DNA of 64,000 nt from Orbicella franksi. Its lineage: Eukaryota. The notes below the pieces were generated by a model that worked only from the letters and a program-made list of their open reading frames with translations, did not search any database and was not told where the DNA came from. Made by a program: the position numbers and the translations under genes. The stretch spans positions 23,250,001-23,314,000 of the forward strand of contig OZ116708.1 in the NCBI GenBank assembly GCA_964199315.1, written 5' to 3'. Of the stretch, positions 28,101 to 39,777 are shown one piece after another (the stretch's first letter is position 1; every line of letters starts with the position of its first letter).

Positions 28101-31100
28101 TGCACACAACTTAATAAGCAGTTGTGAAATTTCAACCAGAGTTCACATTTTCAGAGTTTACATGTTTTCCAAGGGCACACTAAGCAATTAATTTAGAGAT
28201 GTGTCCGAAACCAGCTGTGAGATAGAACATTACAAAATCTGTATCATGAAATGCCTCAAAACAATCTTGTGAAAGACAGAAAGTATGAGATTTAACTGTT
28301 AATACATCTTCTAATACATAATCTTATGGTAAATGAACTCTCATCTAAGGCCTTGTTTAACATGTGCTAATTACTGTACTACCTGTGGATACATGTAAAA
28401 ATTCAACATACTTTAAGAAAAATGTTTGGGTATCCCTTGAGCACACTTTCTAGAAGCTCCAACCCAAATGTTCTTGTCATCTCAATGATACCAATCAACC
28501 AGTAGGGTTGCTCTCCATTTGTAAGTTGACACAAATCCTGAAATAGAGAGAAAGAAAAATTCATCCTAAAGTCAGCTGTAATAAAAATTTTCTTAAGTGG
28601 CTAGGTCATTCTGGTATCTCCATAGATTGAATTCATAGTCACTTTGAATTGTGCATATATAGTAACTTAACTGCACTTTCTGGCATTCGAAACAAGAATG
28701 GAATAACCCTGGTGCCAGGAAAACCTTTTTACATCCTTGAAAAAGAACTAAGTTTGAAGATCTAGTTCAAAGACCAGCCAAAGATCCTTAATTGAAGATA
28801 GGGACCCCCAGCACTTCTTACGTACCCAGACTATTGATGAAAATTGATGGATGTTGGCAAATTATTAGGCCAACCTGATGAAATGCTGGGGGGAATGTAA
28901 CCCACAATGGACTGGCATCCAGAGGGGGGAAGGGAGGGGGGTTGGGAAGCAATACTCCCAGTCACTTTTTGTTACAGAAACTGGATAAGCCACATTACCG
29001 TAGGTCAGTTTGGCTCTCTTGAAAACTTGCCATTTAATAAAGAAACAGATTAGTTACCTGAAAAAGTAGATAAGCATCCCGAGCACATGGGTGGAGACTG
29101 ACAGGACAGTTCTTATGTCTGATGGATCCTGCAGTGTCCTCAACTTTCTGAGCAGCTGAAAATGACAAACTGAAATATTAGGTTCCAAGTAAAGCCATGG
29201 TAAAATGACCCATGATGATCCGTGTACATGTACATGTAAGTCAACAATAGTTGTAACACACCTCCATTAATTTTTATCGTCAACTATCATCAACTATCAT
29301 TCACTTTGAACTCGTTCAAATTCTCCATGGCAGTTAATGATAGTTTTTCCTGTTTGACCATGCATATGATAGTTGATGATAGTTAGGGGAGGATCAGCTA
29401 TCATCAAATATCATGCGGCATTTGATCAGGACCTAACAATTTAGTATTGATACTAATTAGATCTCTTTCATTACGTACAGTTTCATAATTCTTCTGCCAA
29501 TCAACAATGGCCTGAGATTGGACCCAAAAACTATAAACATAATGACGATAACTCAGTCGGCAAAGAACTCTGAAGTGTACTTCACTCATCACTGTTCACT
29601 TTTGAACTATCGTGTGCTAGTACAGTTAATGTAATGTAATATACATGTAACGGTAATATAATTTTATTTTAATAGATTCATTACAAATCACCTCAGTCTA
29701 TGACAACATTATGCAGCAAGGTTGTGATCAAAGTGCAAGTCATGTGACTGATCACATCAGTTGTAACCGATTATTATATGAGTTCATTTGACTGAAAATT
29801 GTCAGACAGCAAACATATCAAGAACTTGACAACTCTGCTAAAAATTCTTGTGCCTTGATTGGCCAGGTTAAAGAGAAGCCAACAAAAAGTTGTCAAAAAT
29901 ATATCAAGGGATTGCTTAGAACTATCAGACTTTTAGCAAGATGGGTGTCCAGGTGTCCTGTGGACAGCCACATTCTAAAGAAAATTGGTTTATTTTTCAT
30001 ACATGCATGTTGCCTTATAAAGTACTCATTTGAGCAGACCCTATAGCACATTTTGCACAGCCACTTTTCAAATTCTAGCTAAAAGCCTGTTAACGATCAA
30101 TAGACGAAACTTCATCGGGTGTTGACTGTAAAAATAAGTGAAATTTCTTTACCTAATCCTTGACTGTCCTCTGTGACAACTCTCTCAAATATCACTGACA
30201 CCATCTGTCTGACAGTTGCTGCAGCAGTCGTACAAATTGTTGCATCTTTTATGAAATATAACTTGAAGCACAAGACCATGGCCTTAGGAGAGCAACAGAA
30301 TAACTACTTACATTAAAAGCTCTTGTTAATGACTACCTCTCTCTTGTCAGAGACTAAGTGGTCAGTGTTGGAGCTGGACACTTACAACAAGGAGAATGAT
30401 CTTCTTCTTAGCAACAACCCACTGAAATGGTAGAAGAAGGTTGCCTCCAAGAACTTTCGTGAACATGATGCTAAAACGTTTTGGAATGCAAGTCATCCCT
30501 TAGAGAAGTATTTTACTAACAAAAAATTTTACCACGAATATAAACAGGATTTCATGTGGTCACTTACACCCATGGTACCAATAAGAACTTCAACTGTACA
30601 ATAAGGGAGGTTTGTAATTTAAGTTTTCCTAGTTTTAAACAGGAAACCCCCATAGAACTGTTTATTTAGTCTATTAATGCATAACTTATTTCCTTTTCCA
30701 GTAACTTGATAATTAATTCTTACTAGGGATCCATGGTTTCCTTGGGTGGGGATGGAATTAATAATCATGGTTATTGGGAGAGGTACAATAAACACAGTTA
30801 TTTATTTATTTGTCTAGTTAGCTGTGTGTAAAAGGAGGTCGCAGTGGTGCTAGGGGGAGGGGAGGGGGATCATAAAAGCATAGTTCATTGATCAGTTCAG
30901 TAGGGCCATTAAGTTTGTTTTTGTCTTAAGAGGGTGTCAAACAAAACTTTAAAGGGGAGCTCTAAAAAACACTGACCCCCCCCCCCCCCAAACCATAAAT
31001 AATGAACACTCCCTTTAACTGTACATGTATATACCAGTAATACGTTATTAATAAATACCATGCCAGTAAGATTCTGAATCTCTTTACGGGCAAAAAAAAG

Positions 31101-31688
31101 GTGACAGACCTTTCCGAGGCACTCCCCATGAACAATATTTGACGTTGTTATGAGAAGAATAATTGTCTGAAGGATTCGTAGCTCTTCCAAGCCTCCCTCC
31201 ATCAACTGCCATAACGCACTGACAAGATTTACGGCAGACGACTGTAAAAAGAGATCAATCATTGTAGTCAGAATGTAAATTGTATATAGTAAGTACCCTT
31301 ATCTTGACTATGGACACCACAGGCCCAGAGCTGAGTGTGTACGTAAAACAGAGGTGTTGACATTTATAGAGATAGAGTTATACAGCGTGTATGAATGCTG
31401 GTCTGTGTGGCAGTGAGTGAACTACCCATAATTTATCTAAAGGTGTGTACATACTGTACATTTATACCGTGCCATAGAAAATACAGAATACAGAATACAG
31501 GAACATTGTATATTCAACATTATAATCCATCAAATATTTTCGCTCGCGTGCGATTGGTCTAAACGTGTCACGTGACTGAATATTCCCCAGCTAAAACTGG
31601 AAATATCTGAGAATATTCCCCAATTTTCAAAACTGCACTCGTTGTGAATAATATTTGAGAATAATAAACACAGTAGCCTCCATTTGGG

Positions 31689-31724
<36 letters not shown>

Positions 31725-34700
31725 TCTGTTCCTTGAAGCTCCCAGTTTTCTTCAAGCTCTCGCAAAACTGGTTGCTTCTCGGAGCAGATAATGTCCATGG
31801 ACAAATATCCAAGCACATTCTCATGCCAAATGGAGGCTATTGTTTATGTATTACATCCAACCTTTCCATCACATGCTCCTCGTATGTCACATTGATTGTG
31901 GACATTGGCCACTGTATTTTCTATGTCATGGTATAAAACAGTTATGGAATGCTCTCTCATGGTATACCAGGGAATATCCTACTTGTCACTTGTATTTTCT
32001 TGCCTAAAGGTTGTGTGTGTAGTCTGAGAAAATAGTCACGAAGTGACTCATGCAATATTCCATGATATATCACCCGAAAGCATTGCATAACTAGCATGTA
32101 AGCACAACCAAGTTAACAACGTACTACCCCAGTTGAAAACAAGGGCAAGCAATTGTTACTTAATGTAAAAACTTGATAGACGCAACCACTTAATACACAG
32201 TAGCACTTAAAACCATACAAATTCCATGATATTTTAGAACCACTGAAAAGAAATCCAGAACCAAAACCTCAAGAAGAAGATGCTAAAAGTCAAGGATGTT
32301 CCTTCCAAGGGCAATAATTATGTCAACAGAAAACACCCACACCCCTCCCACAGAAGGTTTTTGATTTTGGTCACTCCCCTGTCCCTATCCATGGAAATTC
32401 TATTGTAGTTTAGCTTTATAATTTTGTTTAAAAATATTCTAGGCTTTTGATCCCCACCCTCGATTCCTCTCAGAATGTTCTATTACCTTCCTTAGGTTGG
32501 GCAGGGAAGCAAAATAATTTTCCGGGAATTCAACAATATATAGTTCAACCCCTATTAAACAACCACCCTCGGAGAAATGGGTAGTGGTCCCTTAAAGGGG
32601 GCTGGCTGCTTCATAGAATTAAAAACAGTAGAAAAGCCCTCATCGGGATTTTGATTACTGGCTGCCTAATAGGGGTTGCCATTTAATAGATGGCTGCTTA
32701 ATAGGGGTCATGTAGGTATACATGAGAATGGATTTAACCAACAACAAAAAACAATTGAAGTACTGTAACATCATTCAACATTTCAATGCATCAAGCATCA
32801 TTATCAAGAATCAAAATTCAATGTGTCAAAACATTGAATAATGTTAGTTTAAATATTCCTTCTTGAATGGTTCAACAAGCAACTGACCATCTGACAACCA
32901 ATCGGTAAACACAAACCTCAGATAAAGCCTCGTTGTTTATGAGCCGCTGAAGACCCGTCAGTGAGATCTGTACCACACGCAGACTCTTGGTATCGCAGCC
33001 AAGCAAGAATGGTTGCACTATCTCAGTTTCATCTGCAATCACTGATACAGGTAAACAAATAAGCAACTTAAATGACATGCGGGTCTGTCACTAAGGGCCG
33101 TAACCCGGTATGCCTGTTATGGCTGAGTACGCTTGATTTTCCCTTGATGCTACAGGTAAAATTGCCTGTTGTTGATAGAATTCACCCATAAAGTAACAAA
33201 TTTGCTACAGGTGTGGAGAATAAGACTACAGGTGACTCGAAACTTAATGACAGCCCTGGACATGTTTTACATTTACAACAGTAGAAGCTTATGAGGATGT
33301 TTATAAGAAACAAACAGTTTAATAAGCATAATATAATTATTAAGATTTCAAGCATGCAGGACGTTAATCAGTTTGTTCTCTACAGCACTGCTCAAGAGTA
33401 AGTTACCACCCTCTCAAGTCTCGTCTCGTGAGAGCTTAAAAAACTATAAGTTCCACTGCTTTAAATTCTCGTGAGATTTAAATAGCCTATTGTAATGCAA
33501 ACATGCAAGCATGCAGAAACAATAGCCAAGCAAAACTTTGTGCGCTCAAATGAAGCATTTGCTGAACCCTGTTATTTGTTTACCACATTCATTAGAGATT
33601 TGACTCTTGAACTTTTCAAATCTATGTGGCTCTAAAATCGTATCCAAGATTATGCTGTAAAGCTTTCTATTTTAAATCGAATTCACATCATTCATGAGTT
33701 TTAGGAAGAGTGTTTAAACCACGTAGAAAGCAATGTGGAAGTTCAATCACTGCTCCTTGAGGTCAGTCACATACTTCATGCACGCTTGTATTACTTTCAA
33801 ATCACTTGTTACTTTGAATTCGTATTACTTTCCCAGTTTTAATTTACTGAACACAATGAAGCATAACACAAAGAAGTATACTGACTGATTACTGTTCAAA
33901 TAATCACACCTCAAAATTCCTAAAGGCTAACAAAACTCCCTAATGCAACAAAAGCTTAAAACTTGGTTAGTAATCACAACAAGTGTGTTGAAAACGGCAG
34001 TAAAACAACAAACAAATGTGTGGTGACACGAAGTTGTGAGAAAACGTTCAGTTTTATTCGTAATTTGTTCCCCTCTTTCAACTAAAAGAAGGTTTAGTTA
34101 TGAACAATAAAATAGACGATGCAGTTTTAATGTATATTTTTCAATTGGGGTATAAAACAATACTTGATGAATGTGATAATTGTCCCATGGGAAAATAAGT
34201 TTTGTTTCCCCAAGCCCTTCAGTGTTCCCAAAAGGAAAACATTGAGATTATTATCATTTCACTGGGAAATAACACTCCATATTCCCCGCGGGGACAGTCA
34301 TTGTGTGTTTATTATGCATGGCGTGTTAAAGGGGTTACAGCTGATATCAAAATGACTTATTATTAGTTATTACCTTTTGTGATCTTCAAGTTTTTTGCCT
34401 TGGCAGCACTAATCGTTCTGAGGCGTAGAATCCCAGCTTCTGCCGCCTGTAACAGTTAAAAAAAAAACACATTTACACGGACATTTGGGAAAAGTCTGTC
34501 AAGAACAGAGGCCAATATCACATTTACAAACACAAGTTTTAAAATAGTCAAGATCAATTATAGCTTAAACTTATAATTTTTTGGCGGGCACACGCGACTT
34601 GAAAATTCTCAATTCTTTGTTTGAATATGAAGAGCTTTCAATCCGTTTTTTGAAAGTGTCAAATATATTTCTTACCTCTTTAACTGGTTGGAATTTTCGT

Positions 34701-34783
34701 CTCGTTTCGTTGGACAAAGCTCTCAGGTCAGATTGAACCGCATCGATGAATTTCTTAGATCGCTCGTCCAAAGCTCTTGCCAT
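13148..34783 (-). CDS. MON2: Protein MON2 homolog (Golgi/endosome Sec7-related scaffold, DOP1 partner); 32 coding exons, 5193 nt, 1730 aa
   Basis: Exons rebuilt by hand, all GT-AG and phase-consistent, 5'->3': 34676-34783, 34374-34446, 32917-33041, 31110-31241, 30153-30282, 29058-29155, 28412-28537, 27550-27726, 26875-26999, 25918-26217, 24539-24786, 24066-24153, 22996-23332, 22474-22578, 21968-22048, 21695-21768, 20942-21029, 20481-20582, 20286-20396, 19979-20071, 19662-19744, 18921-19083, 18098-18367, 16579-17673, 16144-16264, 15691-15754, 15351-15411, 14595-14721, 14257-14376, 13970-14078, 13482-13573, 13148-13314 (TAG at 13148-13150). Peptides match remembered MON2 motifs: [126 protein letters not shown]. 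Confidence 0.97.
13612..13902. repeat. Compound degenerate (GACA)n/(CAGT)n microsatellite in MON2 intron 30
   Basis: cagacagacagac and cagtcagtcagtc runs. Confidence 0.9.
14998..15297 (+). mobile_element. tRNA-headed SINE (MON2 intron)
   Basis: A-box-like TGGTGACCTCCTGG, B-box-like GTTCGAGTCC, body TTCTTGGGCAAGACACTT...CTCCACCCAGGTGT, simple (CTTTA) tail; related fragments at 22106-22240, ~23540-23700, ~26640-26800, ~28860-29000 and ~48110-48450. Confidence 0.8.
15781..16040 (-). mobile_element. tRNA-headed SINE, second family (MON2 intron)
   Basis: Minus strand GGGATAGCACAGTGGTGAGAGTGCTCGCCTCCCACCAGTGTGGCCTGGGTTTGATTC (A and B boxes), followed by a body and AT-rich tail. Confidence 0.8.
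18608..18841. mobile_element. Kolobok-like non-autonomous DNA element (TTAA flanks, AGG ends)
   Basis: TTAA|aggaacccagtcacg ... cgtgacgtagctcct|TTAA; further copies at about 25593-25845 and 61733-61900. Confidence 0.7.
20225..20275. repeat. (TTACG)n/(GTGTTACGTT) microsatellite next to the MON2 exon 19 donor
   Basis: ttacgttgtgttacgttgtgttacgttacgttacgttacg. Confidence 0.85.
22106..22240 (-). mobile_element. 5' part of the same SINE family as 14998-15297, CpG-decayed
   Basis: Reverse complement of the head and TTCTTGGGCAAGGCACTTT body. Confidence 0.7.
23733..23893. mobile_element. Palindromic TA-flanked MITE (Tc1/mariner-like)
   Basis: TA|tggtgtaggtcaaaatgaaattcaggttaaaat ... attttaacctgaatttcattttgacctacaaca|TA. 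Confidence 0.8.
24295..24439. mobile_element. MITE with internal CTATCCA(C/G)TGGATAG repeats
   Basis: Arms ctagcctgggttgtttgaaggctggataatgctatcc / ggatagcattatccagcctttgaacaactggggccag. Confidence 0.75.
25593..25845. mobile_element. Second, CpG-decayed copy of the 18608 element
   Basis: Shares aataaaccataaaggaaca.ggatggttaaggatg...tagctcctttaa. Confidence 0.7.
31520..31850. mobile_element. Asymmetric element with a long subterminal hairpin (family unresolved)
   Basis: Arms ~31665-31728 and ~31780-31848 (tagcctccatttgg...ggatatttgtccttggacattatctg / cagataatgtccatggacaaatatcc...ccaaatggaggcta). Confidence 0.65.
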
Positions 34784-35845
34784 GTCCAAAATAATTAATG
34801 TTGAACACTAAAATACGCCAAGATTTTATGCCCGCTAGGATCAGGATTATTTTTGGCCATTTGAGCTTTGTTTTGATTCGAACTTTCGGATGATTAAATG
34901 ATCGAACAAAGGGAGGAGGCCGCCATATTGGATAGCTGATGTGGCTCGTGCCAGATCCCCTCCATGGTTTGAGAAGAACAGGAAGGACTGGGCCGAAACG
35001 CCGAAAGGATCTCCATCACGCGTGGGATCCCGCGGGATGGGACTTGAGAGGACCTCTTTTAATTGACTGTGCAGTTGGGACAATACTTCGACCACAGTGT
35101 CTAAAATAAGCTGAAATAGAGGATATTTTCTCATTCATTTTTACCTCTTATGATACAAGAGGAACTGCTAAACAAAGAAAATTGAAACTATGAATTTTTC
35201 AACTTCTAGCTGGAGTAGAAACTTTTGCAGCAAACGTAAAAACTTTTCATCTACGAGAAAGTTGCTACAGAGACCAGCTAGTGGACACTCAAGTCTTAGT
35301 TTCTTTGGGAAACTTGCAGCATCCGCTTAAAAACTGGTCCAACAACGTTGCATGTTTGTGAAAGCACTTCAAATACCTGCAACATAATACTGCATCGAAG
35401 TAGTTGTTGTGTTAAAAAATCATCTAGCGCGCCATGGTACACGAAATGTTGCCTCACTGAATCGTCGAGTGTCACTGGGGGAAAGAATACAGAAAAATGG
35501 CGAATTTATTTCAGAGCACAATTATGCTGTTTTAAATTCCTTGCCCAGGAGACAACACGCGATAAATAGGTCATCGGTAGTTTTTGACAGAGAAAGGTGC
35601 CCCCGTCACAAAGGGAGAACTCTGCGTCCTTTTCTAAACCCTTCGAATTAATGAACAATATTACGGAAGAACATTAAGCATTAGCATGTTAACCAAAAAA
35701 ACAAGTATTATTTGTTCAGTTCATGTTGTCGTGGGAGTCAAGATACTTCGACTTCCCAACCCTTTCATATACCTCAACTTGTGAAATCCCTACCCTCGAT
35801 AAAGGTATCCCTTTCGCGCGGAGCCTCCCCACGAGGGCCACTTAA

Positions 35846-36856
35846 GGGGGTCTTATACTCTCAGATATGAATTTTTCTCCAGAAAACCATTTTTTGGAAC
35901 ATGAAGATTCAACATCCCTGTCCATTTGTAAATCGTATTTTGAAACGATTTTCCTCTAATTACTCCTGAATTTACGTTTAAATTAAGAAATCTGAACACT
36001 TCTAGCTATATTTCAACATAGCAACACCCATAGCAACCATTGTCTACAGTCTAAAAGTACTCATAAAATGGATTCAATTCAGTACATTTTAATGATACTT
36101 TACACAAACGCTTTAAAGATGTGTAGTTATGAGAATTTTGCATCATGGTCCTGAACATTATTTCTTCTACCATCTTATACGCTCCTTATACTTGGTTAAC
36201 ATTTCTATGACTGGTGTGTATTCGGGTGTTCAATGAAAAATTCATGTAAAACCTTTAAATATACCCCTCCCCCTGCCCCTAACCTCCCCCCTCCCCTAGT
36301 TCACAGGGCTAATTTGGGCTCTCGGAGACCGAAGTAAAACTTTAAAGCCTTATTTCTCAAAATGATCAAATAGACGGATCATCAATATCTCGCACACGAT
36401 ATCTCCACTGGGTTTTAACCGAATGTTGTCAAATTTTCAACATTGATGAAGGACACAATTATCTAGGTCTTAAACCTCCAAAATTTGCAATTTATGGATT
36501 TTTTTCCTGTTATTTAGTTAATATAGTTAATATTAGTTAATATTAATATACTTTTTCAACATTTCACGAGAAAAACCCCCTCAAAACACTGTTTTCTGAG
36601 GTTTGTCTCCTGGACAACTTGCTTATGGACAGGATGAACTTAATTCCATACTTCTCGAACCATTAATTATTATGTTATCGTGTTTATAATGAACACTTTT
36701 TAACACTAAGGAGCTAGTTATTCATTAACTATTGTGGCACGTGAGCTGGAAAAGCTCATTTTTGAAGTCAGAGTGCAAAGTCCTTTAACGTGATACCAAA
36801 ACTGTTCCACAGAGTTGTTTTGCAAAAAAAAAAAAATTTTTAGGTATAAGACCACC
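35846..36856. mobile_element. ~1-kb Kolobok-like non-autonomous transposon
   Basis: TTAA|gggggtcttatac ... gtataagaccacc|TTAA; no transposase ORF. Confidence 0.75.
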
Positions 36857-39578
36857 TTAAGGGAGTATCCCACCGGGACCAATAAAAGGGACCCTTCCTT
36901 TTCTTCCGCCATCTGCATGACCTCCGGACCCCCTCCTTCTCCACTTCCTCCTCACCCCCCTCCCCCAAGATCTAGAATTTACCCCTTGTGGAACGTCTCT
37001 GTACCCTGTTCCAGATCAGCATGAGGTTCCCCCCCCCCCAACACCCCACCCACGCCTCATAACGGGTTTGTCAGTTGCACCTGTCAAACGAAAAGTTCCG
37101 CTCTAAATTACGATAAAATAACGGTGAAGTGAGCTGGAAAAGAATCATATTTTTAGGGGAGGTCATAGTGCGAGTAGATCAGAATACTGAACCAGGCAGG
37201 CTTTGAAATCCTGAGCAAAAAAAGGATTATATTATGTTTTATAATATCAGAGCCAATTCATTTTGATCCGTTGCCATGTTTATACTGATATTTGCCTGCG
37301 CTCCACTGAACTAGACTAAACTCACAACATGACACCCTAATCGTTAAATAATTTGAGTGTTTTCCGGTGTAATTCGTCACTCGTTGGATAACAACTTGTC
37401 ACTGAAGCTTGACTACAAGTTCCTGTTATTGTGGTCTACCTGATTATGCTCTCTGCCACTATCTGAGTTTTTGCCGACGAACGCATGTGAGATTTTGAAT
37501 TTAGTTCAAAGAAACTCTCCACTAACCGATCAGACTCCGTTAAATTTAGAATTTCACAAGTCTTTGCTGAGGTAAGCGTTTTGTATTGTACATTATATGT
37601 CGAGAATAGATTTGTTTCTAGAAATAATGATGATGCATTTTGATTATGTAACTGCCCGCTATACGAGGAAAGATTTATGGCCAAATTTCACCTATAAATA
37701 ATCTAGAGAGACTTCCAAAAACATCAGCACCGAGTTAGATTTACCGGAAGGCCAAAACTGCATCTAAAACTTTCCTGTAGCAAACACAGATGCTAAATAT
37801 TAAAGTGATATGTTGGCTGTCAGTGACGTTTAGTAACAAGTCGAGTCCGTTTTGTCTTAAAACTGAAGAAATGGCCGGGTATACGACTATTGTTCGATAG
37901 CACTGCGATATGACCACACATTTCTGATTTCGTTGAAATTTAGCGGAACATGTGCAGGAAATTTAATTTCTACACTGTGACGAAAAGTTTATGAATAGCA
38001 GCTATCATTATTTTGGGACAACTAGTTGTTAGCGTTCTATAAGCGTTCTCTCCTTTACCTCGCCTCGAGAGGTTTTCCCTTTGCTATTTATCAATCAGAT
38101 TTGAGGCAGAAAATATCTTGGATCAGATTATCAGTTCAGGAAACAAGCCTAATGTCATTAAGCGTGCTAGGTTCATGGAGGCCTCAGACGAAGGAAGTGA
38201 CCTCTGGATTTGTCGGGATTTTCCGTTTTTATCAAGTTTTACTTCACAATCTTACTTTTCAGTCTTCACTTTCCAACATGTATATATACGCCACACGAGC
38301 GTAAAGTTAAAATTTCCCTTCTGATAATTCACAACCGGAACAGGTAGGCTCGTTAATTTATCAATTCTACATCCTTCTTTGTCAGAAACTGATGTCTGCG
38401 ATTTCGACACTTTATCTGAAAACTGAATAAAAATTTGCACAGAGCAGATATTTTCAACGGAACATGCTTGTCAAGGAGACAAGGAAGTGTCAAAAGGGAA
38501 ACAAAGCGTACAAGGCGGTTGTCATTCCAAACAAAAGACGTTTGGGAGTGATGTTCCCCGAGGCACGTACATCTACGGTTTTCAGGTTCCATCTTCTCAA
38601 AGTCGTGCTCCATTCCTAATTTTCCAAAAGAAGCTGCAAGTTGCTACAGGGAGAGAGATGGGATGCCATTCAAACTTGATGATTTTCACGGCGGTAAATT
38701 TTAGTCAAAAATTTTAACTTATGCTTAAGTAAACAAAATAAATTAATCAGCTTTTATTGTAAGTGTCACGCTACTGGAAACATGAAATGACGAAAATCAC
38801 AAGATTAATGATGGTTTGATATTTTCTTTTTGCAGTTACATTTACTTTGTGAAAAGAAAAAATACAATAAAATAACAGATACCTGACGGTATATGAGGAA
38901 GGACTTGAATTCCAGATGTCATATACATAAAAAATAAACTTTAAAAAAGCAGGAAACTCTAGCTTCGGGCTGTGAACTGCCTAGACAGCTACAGAATATT
39001 TTGACAAAAAAAAAAGTTTCGTTTATGACAAACTGAATTTCCGTTGCAAGGCTTCTAAACGTCCGGGACAATAACGTTTTTAAAAATAACCCTTACTCAA
39101 TGTGTTCCGAACTAAGGACTTCGAAAGAGACTCTACGGGGAATGAATTTATATTGCATTTCAGCGAGTTCAAGCCTTCCCTTCTTTCTTGCTTCCTTTTT
39201 CCTGTGTGTATTAATAAAGTAGGAAAACATGAACGCAAAATTACTTCTGGTCAAAAATCTAAAAAGAACTACCGGAACATACTCCGTCGGCCTGGGCAAG
39301 TCTTTTCCGTCAGACACTGCTAGAGACGATTCATAAAGAAACTCAAGATTCTTAACATTTTCTGTAATAATATATTTTGATAACTTCGGGGATAACCTGA
39401 ATTTTAATTTCGTGGAAGCTTGAAACCCTGTACAAGCGCTAAGCGTATGTTTTCTTCTTTATATCATCTTATGCAACCCACGATTGCCGATGACGCCGTA
39501 CTAAGAAGCATTATTCTGTATTCCTAGCACGCGCCAGTTAATTCTCAATCTAATTTGCTTTTTGTTCGATTGACAAGG

Positions 39579-39777
39579 AGGAAGTAATTGCTATGCGTGA
39601 CATGACACTTCCACAATCACTTCCGCCCACGTTAGCCTATTGTTTGAACCATGACATAAACAGGAAGTCTTCACATTGGCATATAAACAAACTTCAAGTC
39701 GCCCACACGGCAGTTAAATATTGTGTTTCGATACTAGCTAAGCTACTACTACGCTCGTGAAACGGCGATCCTAACAG
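39579..39777 (+). promoter_or_regulatory. Core promoter and probable non-coding first exon of the ETS gene
   Basis: TATAAA at 39682-39687; Inr-like CAGTT with A at 39712, 30 nt downstream; ATTGG (reverse CCAAT) at 39675; ETS-type cores AGGAAGT 39579, CACTTCCG 39618, CAGGAAGT 39661; donor ACAG|gtacag at 39777/39778; next acceptor ttggttacag|A at 41036. Confidence 0.6.

Noticed and set aside
34784-34789. ORF-track start MDMARAL for MON2
   Set aside because: It uses a TTG; the first in-frame ATG is at 34783.
34847-35134. 95-aa minus-strand ORF upstream of MON2
   Set aside because: No recognisable homology; it lies over the MON2 promoter/5' UTR.
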